Shown here: positions 1 through 10,200 of the stretch, piece by piece
Position numbering within the stretch: position 1 is the first letter of the stretch
Layout of the letters: every line of letters begins with the position of its first letter
Assembly (NCBI GenBank): GCA_030704615.1
Contig: CM060734.1
Location: forward strand, 61,380,001-61,444,000
Direction: 5' to 3'
DNA: 64,000 bases
From: Takakia lepidozioides
Lineage: Eukaryota > Plantae > Bryophyta
Notes under the pieces: generated by a model
The model's database searches: none
Told to the model about the DNA's origin: nothing
What the model saw: only the letters and a program-made list of their open reading frames with translations
Position numbers and translations under genes: made by a program

Positions 1-1449
1 GTCTGACTGGACTGCATGAAGTTGTACAAAATGTCATCGACATGGGGCTCATAGGGGGGGTTGACGAAACAACCCTGGTCAGAAATCTCAAAGCTGCGGA
101 TGGAGGATGGTGTCTTTGAGGTGCGAATCCTCCGCAGGCAGATCGCCTCGAACATCCTCGTCTGCCAAAGATAGCAGGTTAGTGTGGTAAACACAATCTA
201 TAGTGGAAGTGTGTACATCGGCTATTCAGAACTCAGACACAAAAAAATCATGAATCGGTGATGATCGGTGTCGATCATAACACATTCTACTAGAGTGGAG
301 CTGCAGAGAAAATTGAAACTCATGATCAAAGCACAAGCAGAAGGGAGACGGCATACCAGCTGACCAGGGAAACCCCCTTTCACAAGGTAGAGGCTGTTCA
401 CACAATTCCATGTGCGCAAAACTTCAAACCCTGAAGACTTGAGGTATGATGCCAATGCCCGACGACTATCATTGTCACATGACTGAAAAAGCAGAAGTGT
501 CCCTGCATCAGAGAGGAAGTTGTTACAGAACCCGAACACCCAACTCCAGTAGTTGTCCTCGAATTTGTTCCAGCCTGGCGTCTTGCCCTTTGGAAGAACT
601 TCTGGCACAGCCTGGCCATCCGGGATGTCGAGAATGACAATGTCGGCCGCATAAGTTTTCTGCACACCGCACACGAAGGTGGGACCTGTGCTCACCTACA
701 ACAGACATGTTTTTTATAAGAACGATGGCAAGATTGTTTTCAAAGAACGAGACTGAAATACTGCCAACGAAACTTTCAGAGAAAAAGGAAAGAAACTGGA
801 ATTCTCACCAGATTGAGGAATGAGATTATATTGTCCCAGGTAGGGGATGGCACCCCAGTGTATCCTCTCTTTCGACTCTGCATCATCGAAAGCCAACCCT
901 CATTAACAATTTTCATCTCTCCTGCTGAATCAGAACGGGAAGGGTGTGGCTTGGCATCAAACACGCACTGAAGAGTGCGGGTATATCTTCCAGCAGTAAA
1001 GTCCTGCCCACTCTCCATCTTCTTTTCATTCTCCTTCCCCTTGTCCTTTTCCTTCTCTTTGGACTTGTCTTTGTCCTTTGGCTTTGCTGGTGAGATGGCT
1101 ATGACATCAACAGCCTTGTCTTTTGGTTTGCGGCCCGCCTTCTTTCCCTTCTGCGGCGTTCCCTGAGCATCAGGCTCCTTGGCAGCCAATGTTGCTATGT
1201 TTCGTTGATACTCTTCGTCAGTCAAAGGCGCCAGCATCTCAGCGTTATTGTTCAAGTATTTCATATGCTGTCGTGTGCTCAGGTGGGCAGTCAAGGTACC
1301 ACCCACAGTCTCTGAAGTGAGAAGGACTCCAGTCCTTCAATATCCCTGCAGTATACATGGTTGGATCATTTGCAGGGTCCGACCACATGTCAAGATAGTC
1401 GGAAATTCCGCTCAGGTGATTTCTTTCCATAAGCACATATTTCGTGTAC
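1..1449 (-). pseudogene. 3' part of ParB-MTase-like gene of element A (exons ~1449-800, 695-357, 161-<1); frameshift near 1260
   Basis: Exons align with element B exons 6-8 (YTKYVLMERN, GWYLDCPP, ADIVILDIPDG, WNCVNSLYL, TRMFEAICL). The frame changes between ORFs 1245-1715 and 776-1306. Confidence 0.85.
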
Positions 1450-1589
1450 CTGAAAAAAGGAGATAAATCCCAACCCACAAAAGCGCTCAGTGAGTAAGAT
1501 GCAAGTAGAACAGAATGAAAAAAACATAGATTGAAATGGCTCTGAGAACTGCTCCAAGGACCTTTCAGGACCACACTACTGCTCCAGAT

Positions 1590-2313
1590 ATGAATGTCGT
1601 CAACGCCATTCAAAACATTCCATTCAATGATACTGTAAATACACCCTAATCCAGGTGAATGCAAATTATCGTTTAGGAATGACACAGACATAGAAGTGAA
1701 TGTCGTCAACGACATTCACTAATGAAGCCTAATTATTACTTAAATGAAGCAAAATCACAGGATGGAAATCAAAAAATCGAGTAAGGAGCCCTCCAGGAAA
1801 ACTCAATGCACATTCATAACGAACATATCACTGAGGACCTCACAACATCACTGTATGTGAATGGCGTCAACGCCATTCACAAAAATACCAAAAAGAAACC
1901 AATTACTTAGCTCCCAATCCATGTAAATTCAATTTGTCGCTGTTGAATAATACAGACACAGCAGTGAATGTCGTCAACGACATTCACTTTGGATTTCTCA
2001 TAACAGAGCTTATCAAGCCTCCAGATTCCTCGCAAGAGGCAAAAACAATGCAGAACAACTGAATGTCTGCATTGACATTCAGCAAAATGAAGTGAGGAAC
2101 CCTCACTGTAACCTCTATGGACATTACAAATATTTACATAACTCTGAGGACCTCTCAACAACTCCGTATGTGAATGTCGTCAACGCCATTCAAGGACATT
2201 ATCAATTCTAATCAGGGACACTATAATTGCACCCTTAGATCCTAACCAGGTGAATTCATATACACGCTTAAGAATGACTCAGACAAAGAAGTGAATGTCG
2301 TCAACGACATTCA
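1590..2313. repeat. Six dispersed 24-bp palindromes GTGAATGTCGT-CA-ACGACATTCAC
   Basis: Copies start at ~1590, 1696, 1857, 1964, 2170 and 2291; arms are reverse complements around a CA spacer. Confidence 0.9.
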
Positions 2314-2318
2314 ATTCA

Positions 2319-3882
2319 GAGGCTACATAGACAATATTTTGGAATTGAAACGAGTGAGCAAGTACGATTACATCCAGGACAATGTATTCCCAGGTCAAGG
2401 TGCCATCAAAGTTTTTCTTTTCAAAATGTCGACTGTTGGGGAGGGCAGTGGGGTTAGCCTCGTGAAGCGGATGCAGAAGACTGGGGACTTGCAGAACTGT
2501 TTTCTTATGTTTGATCATGTGAAACGAGTGAAGGATTGGACGACAATGGCTTGTCATGTCTACGATCCAGTGTACCAACGAGTTATGACAATTGCAGTTT
2601 GTGACATGCAATCCGAGGATACGGAATCCCAGAAGCTCATGTGAAATTCCCTGATACGTGTCATGGGCTGCCATGGGCTGCCATCTCCAAATTTCGCAGG
2701 TTTCATGGCGGATAGTGCTCAAGCAAATTTCAATGCTGTTCGTATTGTCTTCGGATCGAGCGACCCAAAAGTGCCTATGCCAGGAAGAGAGCGTACATGT
2801 CTATTCCATTGGACACAATCTCTGGAAAAACATACAAAGTCGGACATCAAACCAGAGATGCAGACTCAGCACCGTAAATTGTGCAAAGAGTACAAAGATG
2901 CTAGAACAATGAAGGAGGTGGACACTTTGTTCCAGACAATTCGTGCATGGTGGTTCTCTTCTGGAGCTGCATCACTTGAGAGTATGAGAGCATTGGAAGA
3001 TTGGCTGGCGTTTTGACACTTCCGGTATAGACAGTGGGGAGCAGCCATGACAATGGTACGAGGCTTCTATTTCATGCTTTATTCATATATTTGCTTTCCA
3101 TATTTTTGACTCATTGCTTTCTTTATGTTGTTTCCTGTGCACTGTTCTGAAGTGTGGTTATCCTCTTTGCAGAACATGTCCATTGAGGAAATGGCGGACA
3201 TGCCATCTTGCAATTTGGCAGAAACTGTGCACAACGCATGGTTGCAACAGTATGGGAAACGAGGTCGGGATTTGTATGTGGCAACAACAGATGATTTGAT
3301 ACGTGCCTTGCAACAACAAACCCGATACCGTGATTTCTTACGAGGTGGGGTTGGTGGCAAGGGTCCGGACAAATGGGAGTTGATGTTGCGTGCTCCAAAC
3401 AGATCTGGGGATCCAATCAAGATAGCACGGGCGGTGAGCATGTATGCCCAGGGAACGCCACTTGTTTCTAGAGTTCCACATCTTGAAGGGGAGGAGAGAT
3501 TCGGCTCCTGTAAGAGGAAATTGAACACTCCACCTGGTTCGGATTCAGATTCCCACAGGGCAGACCGTGATAACTTCTCGAAGCCTCGTGTTCCCCTGCA
3601 TGACAGCTCCATGTCCGGAACCTCCATTGTGGAGGAACCTCCAACACAACGGCAAGCTCCAGCATCAAACAGTGCCACTGAAATGGTGCAGGAGAGAAAC
3701 AACCCCCTTGATGTGCTTGAGTCCGCATGCCCCGACCACGTTTGGCACATAGAACGCACAAGTGTAGGGTCTCGTGTGAAATGTACAGCGATCAGGGCAA
3801 CTAATTTCGAGAAGTGCACTTCATCTATATCCAGAGGTGGTGCCCGAACTCCTGCTCCGACTTTCACGGGCTTGATGCGTCC
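2319..3882 (+). pseudogene. MULE DDE transposase of element A, middle part (5' deleted, nonsense codons)
   Basis: LMFDHVKRV, FMADSAQA, CLFHW and CNLAETVHN motifs; TGA in place of Trp at 2642 and 3014; intron ~3056-3172; interrupted at 3882 by element B. Confidence 0.9.
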
Positions 3883-3979
3883 GGGGGGTGCTATTCCGTG
3901 AGCCTGGAGGCGTGAGCCTGTGAGCCCAGGAAAGCGTGAGCCCAGCACAGGCTCACGCCACGTCAGCATGCAAACAGTG

Positions 3980-4033
3980 CCTATTTCCGCGGATGTCACC
4001 TATTTCCGAGTGGGGTCACCTATTTCCGCGGGT
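3980..4033 (+). repeat. Three ~20-bp subterminal direct repeats (CCTATTTCCG...GTCA)
   Basis: Seen directly just inside B's left end. Confidence 0.75.
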
Positions 4034-4285
4034 TGATGTGGGGAGAATTGAGAATTGAGAACAAAGTGGTTTGTTTGTTTTTGCAATGTACTCAAGTCTG
4101 TGAGGTCCACAAAACAACAAATATATTGAAGGAACAATCCGGGCAGTCCATGCAACCCCCATCTCCAACAATAGTTTGGAACCATGAATGTGAATTCCAT
4201 GCACACATTGCAAAGAGGACAATAAGGACACACAACCATCCCATTTCAAATTTGTCCCAGAATTAAACCAAAAGAATACTTCATA

Positions 4286-7200
4286 TCAAGTGTCGCAGTC
4301 ATCACAATCAATGTCCACCTCCTGTGCTATGTCATCTACAAAGATTCTGGCCCCAACACCACGTGTTCTACGAAGGCCATCGCAAGGTGGACTCTGAGTG
4401 CCATGAACGGACATGCTTGCTGCGAGTGCCTCCGCATAGACAGGTAGCACACAAGACCGAGGAGGACTGAAAACAAGTCCAAATAGGTGTGATAGCCCAG
4501 GAGGGCAAGTGGAAGCACGCGGACTCCTACACATGTCCACAAAATTCCATTTTTAACACAATGATGCAATGCACAAGTCCAACGAAGAGGATGTCTCCCA
4601 TTTGCACTTTGCCTCAAGAACAGCGATTCTCGATAATGAAACAACAATGCAAGCATGCACAGGTTCAACTTACTCACAGGCAAAGTCGGAGTCCAGCTCC
4701 TTGTCAGAAGTCTCCTCTGTACCAGTATCAGCGGGACGGGGCTTCGGAAGGACCTGAGAAGTGTGTCCACCCAAACCCATCAGGAGGTTCTTGTAAATCT
4801 CAGCATCCCCTTCAATCCCAAAGACATGTCGCGCACTGGCCTTGCAAGCGTGGTACGAAGCACCTGCAGTGGAATAGAATGAAGTAAGCAGACATTGAAG
4901 ACACATTCGGAACGGTGGAAAGTGCTGAAAGTGCAAGCTCAATCAAACCTCATGAAATGTGAATGTTGAAGGGACGAACCTGTGCCCATCGACAAATCCA
5001 GAACTCTGGCGTCTGTGTAGGTGCAGCACTCCACAATCGTTTGAATGAAAGCCGGGCTCCTCTCCCTCGCCCCTCTCCAAGGAACCCCATTCCCCCTTCG
5101 CAAGCACACGTTGCTGTCGACGTAGTTGTGATGCATGTCATCCGTGGGAGGATCTGTCCTGTCATCTATGAACTTGCCCCCGTGAGTGATGGCAAACTCC
5201 GTAATGCCGGCCGGAGTCGTTGGTGGATGCACCCGGACGAGACAAACAGCTTCAAACAGACGAGTCTGCGAACATGACATCCAGAAGGAACTAAGAACCA
5301 AAATAAAATCGGGCCCCTACATATGAGTTTGAGCGACCTACACAACACAATCCCAGAACAAAAAAGAAGAGGAAGAAGAAGGGAAACTCACCATCTCTCC
5401 CGGACGATCCCCCTTCGTAAGGTACATGCTGTTCACACAATTCCATGTCTTCAGGACTCTCATGCCCGAGGCTTTCAAATAGCTGGCAAGGGCACGGCGA
5501 CACCGAACATCGATGGACTGGATGAGAACCAAAACACCTGCATCGGAAAGGAAGAAGTTGCAAAAGGAAAAAACCCACCGCCAGTAGCGCTCATCAAATG
5601 CATTCCAACCCGGACAAGCACCCGATGGTGGGATATCCGGGACTGCCAACCCATCAGGGATGTCCAAGATGATGAGTTCCGCTGCATATGGCTTCTCCTT
5701 CCCGTTCACCCACGATTTGGTCATTTTAGCCTGCAAACAAAAATACAATGGAATTCTGACAAGTTTATAAACGATCCATGCCCACAGCAGACAAAGAGAG
5801 CAGAAGCCACAGAACCCAAAGAGAACACGCACCGTGCTGAGGAACTCGACAATCCTCTCCCACACTGGTGATGGCTCGCCCTTGTAATCAGATTTCTTCG
5901 ACTCCATCATGGCAAGGAACCCGACGTTGGCAATCTCCAACCTGGTTGGACGAATGACCCTCGTGGGATGTTCCACTGCATGGTACGGGTCCTTGGGATC
6001 AACCACACCCTTGTTTTTTCTCCCGGATCCCCTACCATGCGGTGGAGTCTGCTGGACATGCTCCACAGGGCCAATAGCTGCAACACTTCCCTGCCCTTGT
6101 GCCACCTTCCCTCTACCCCTTCCCGTCCCCACAACACCAGCAACATCTTTTCCCTTTGCCTTTCTTCCTCTACCCGGGGTATCCTGAGCGGGAGGCTCCT
6201 TCTCTGCAAGAGTCCTCAGATTACGCTCATGAATGTCGAGGTCCGCTGCTGCGGCAGTGGCTGCAATACGGTCATTCTCTCTCCTCAAAGACAACTCTAC
6301 AGCTGGGGTCTCTGAAGGAGGGCAATCCAAATACCAACCACAAGAAGAAAGATGGTCCGGACCCCAGTCATGCAAGATCCCAGCAGTGAACATGGTCTGG
6401 TTGCCAGCAGGGACAAGCCAAAGGTCCACGAAATCTGGATGTTTGTCCAAGCAATTCTCTTCCAGGAGAACAAACTTAATGTACCTGCACGAACAGACAC
6501 AGCCTCATTATCCAATGCACATATTGTGTCCCAGCTTTTTCAACACACCAGGAAGACCCCCTTAAACAGTATGCCACACAACACATTGCAACCACAACAC
6601 AAGCAAAGAGTGCAAGGGTGTGCACCTGTAAAGGCATCGTTTCCAGGCTTCCTCTCCTTTTTCCTGCTGGTCAAGCTCATTTGTTCGACTGATGCCACCC
6701 TCCTTGCTGAACTCTCTAAAGAAACCAGAGTGCCACACTGTGGCTCTCCATTTCCTCATGTATGCTTCGAAGGAGACCTTCGGAGCTGTCATAGTGATGC
6801 CATAGTCAGCCAGCTGAGTATGCAGAACCGATCGGGCCCTTTCTTCCAACTGCAAAAAAATTGAAATGGAAGAATGAACCCAAAAACAGTCACAGCGAAT
6901 GTAAGAGGCAATGGGAAGAGAAGGACAGGAAAAGAGAAAAGAAAGTGAGATACGAGAGGACATCACACCTGGCTCCAGTAAGTGGCCTTGTGAAGCCAGT
7001 TGTCCAGCACATTGTCACTGACAGGAACGACACGCTGGGTCTTCTTCTCCTTCTCTGGCCTTGGGAACATGTGGGTATCCCTAACTGTGGGATCGGAGTT
7101 CCATATCTGCAGCCACTTCACCTTCTGTTCAGAAGACACGACGGCGGTAGACAACCTGTGCAACTTCTCCTGGGCCATCTCCGGCTTGCCTGGCTTGTTA

Positions 7201-10200
7201 TAATGGTTTTTTATCTCCAGCAGAAACTGCGGCCCGAATGATGGGTCGGCCATTCTCAACTGCTTCACAAAAGCACTCATTATTGTCCTTCTTGTAGCGT
7301 TCATCTCCTTCTGGATGTGACTTTCAACTCCCTTTGCTGTCCTTCTCTCCTCAGGGGTAGAGCTGTAGTATTCCAGTTTGCCACGCTCCCCTGCATCTGC
7401 AATGTCTTGCTGCAAGGGAATGCAAGAGAGTTGCATCAATCCAAGGTCAAGGGAGACAGAGAGAAACAAACATGTGGAAGCAGGAATATGGAAAGGCCAG
7501 ATGAAGGAAGATGTATCTCACCGTGTACATGTACTCCATGAAAGCCTCACGGGTCAACGAGTACCATGTTTCCGAAGTCTTGGAGCTTTCGCATTTCTTA
7601 TACATCTCTGCCGAAAGGATGGTCTTGAAGTTGGTCAAGGGCATCTGCCCGATCCTTTGTATCCTATACAGTGTGTGAACCAGACTCGTTTTGACATGCG
7701 ATGTCTCCGTCCCTCTGCAGAATGATATCTGAATTTCAGAATGTAATTCAAGGACTTCAATCAAGGAAGAACGGAACCAGAAGTGCAACGTGTACAATGA
7801 GAAACCAACCTGTTCACATCATTCATTGCCGTCAGAAGACCCATCATGTTGTCGTCACAATCAAGCACCATCGATCGAACAGAGTAATGCCACTCTTCCT
7901 CCTGTGAGTGCAGCCTCCCAATGACAGCCATCCATGCAAGCAACCGGTGGTTGCCATCCCAAACGTGAAACATCTTCCCCGAGAATACCTGGGTGGAAGG
8001 TTTTCTGGAGAGAAGAAGTTCGAAGGATTCGTTCACCTGTCTCCAAATGGGGTCCCAGGAGTCGACGATTGACTCATCAACAAGGAGCTCGTTACCTCTT
8101 GAATCCCTAGTAGAAACGTAAAAGACCGCGGATCCATCCAAATACCCATGAACAAACTCGGCCTCCAGCTTGAGAATGTCTTTGACAAGGGGTGGACGAA
8201 CGACGGGCATGGAAACCAACCTACACAGGGGAATCTTCAACCTCCCACCAGGAGCAAGCATACTTTGAACCACAAGCTGAGAGTTCACCTTTTGACCCCC
8301 CAGCATCTCAGCGGCTTTGCTTTCATAAAACTCATCGTCAACATCATCTTTGGTCTCCTTCCCCTGACCCTGAGGGACCTCATCCGCCACACTTTGCATT
8401 TTCCCCTGCAAGGTTGTTCACTCAAATTCTTATAAGAGAGGAATGAAACGTCGACCGATGCATGAAAAAGTGGGATAAAAAGGGAAGTGTTCTTTGAGCT
8501 GCCAGATAAGTGTTCATTGATCCTCACGGACATGCACTATGTTCCCGATTTACACAGGGAAAGAACATTGAAAAGTTCTGCTCAAATATCTGCCCATGAG
8601 GGCCGAAAGTTGCGCCCTTCCATATTCATATGTTCTGCCTACACAGTGTGCGGTTCCGCAGACTGTTTGAGCTGACAGTGAAGGGTTCATTTTATACTCA
8701 AAAATGTGCCCATGAAGTCCAAATTTTGCACCCAGAAACATTGAAATGCTCAGCTCAAACAGTGTGCGTTGCCGCACACTGTCTGGGCTGGCAGTGAAGG
8801 GTTCTTTACACACTCACACAGGTGCCCCTGAAGTCCAATTTTTGCATCCAGAAACATTGAAATGCTCAGCTCAAACAGTGTGCGTTGCCGCACACTGTCT
8901 GAGCTGGCAGTGAAGGGTTCATTTCACACTCACACAGGTGCCCCTGAAGTCCAAATTTTCACCCAGAAACATTGAAATGCTCAGCTCAAACAGTGTGCGT
9001 TGCCGCACACTGTCTGAGCTGGCAGTGAAGGGTTCTTTTCACACTCACACAGGTGCCCCTGAAGTCCAAATATTTCACCCAGAAACATTGAAATGCTCAG
9101 CTCAAACAGTGTGCGTTGCCGCACACTGTCTGAGCTGGCAGTGAAGGGTTCTTTTCACACTCACACGGGTGCCCATGAAGTCCAAATTTTGCACCCAGAA
9201 ACATTGAAATGCTCAGCTCAAACAGTGTGCGTTGCCGCACACTGTCTGGGCTGGCAGTGAAGGGTTCTTTCACACTCACACAGGTGCCCCTGAAGTCCAA
9301 ATATTTCACCCAGAAACATTGAAATGCTCAGCTCAAACAGTGTGCGTTGCCGCACACTGTCTGAGCTGGCAGTGAAGGGTTCATTTCACACTCACACAGG
9401 TGCCCCTGAAGTCCAATTTTGCATCCAGAAACATTGAAATGCTCAGCTCAAACAGTGTGCGTTGCCGCACACTGTCTGAGCTGGCAGTGAAGGGTTCTTT
9501 TCACACTCACACGGTGCCCATGAAGTCCAAATTTTGCACCCAGAAACATTGAAATGCTCAGCTCAAACAGTGTGCGTTGCCGCACACTGTCTGGGCTGGC
9601 AGTGAAGGGTTCTTTTCACACTCACACAGGTGCCCCTGAAGTCCAATTTTTGCATCCAGAAACATTGAAATGCTCAGCTCAAACAGTGTGCGTTGCCGCA
9701 CACTGTCTGAGCTGGCAGTGAAGGGTTCTTTTCACACTCACACAGGTGCCCCTGAAGTCCAAATATTTCACCCAGAAACATTGAAATGCTCAGCTCAAAC
9801 AGTGTGCGTTGCCGCACACTGTCTGAGCTGGCAGTGAAGGGTTCTTTTCACACTCACACAGGTGCCCCTGAAGTCCAAATATTTCACCCAGAAACATTGA
9901 AATGCTCAGCTCAAACAGTGTGCGTTGCCGCACACTGTCTGAGCTGGCAGTGAAGGGTTCTTTTCACACTCACACGGGTGCCCATGAAGTCCAAATTTTG
10001 CACCCAGAAACATTGAAATGCTCAGCTCAAACAGTGTGCGTTGCCGCACACTGTCTGGGCTGGCAGTGAAGGGTTCTTTTCACACTCACACAGGTGCCCC
10101 TGAAGTCCAATTTTTGCATCCAGAAACATTGAAATGCTCAGCTCAAACAGTGTGCGTTGCCGCACACTGTCTGAGCTGGCAGTGAAGGGTTCTTTTCACA

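Noticed and set aside
1590-2313. CRISPR-like repeat-spacer array
   Set aside because: Spacing is long and irregular, and the intervening segments are partly homologous to each other, consistent with a decayed tandem repeat.
4286-8411. Bacterial contamination explaining ParB/MTase motifs
   Set aside because: The gene has spliceosomal introns and lies within a TSD-flanked eukaryotic transposon contiguous with plant genes.
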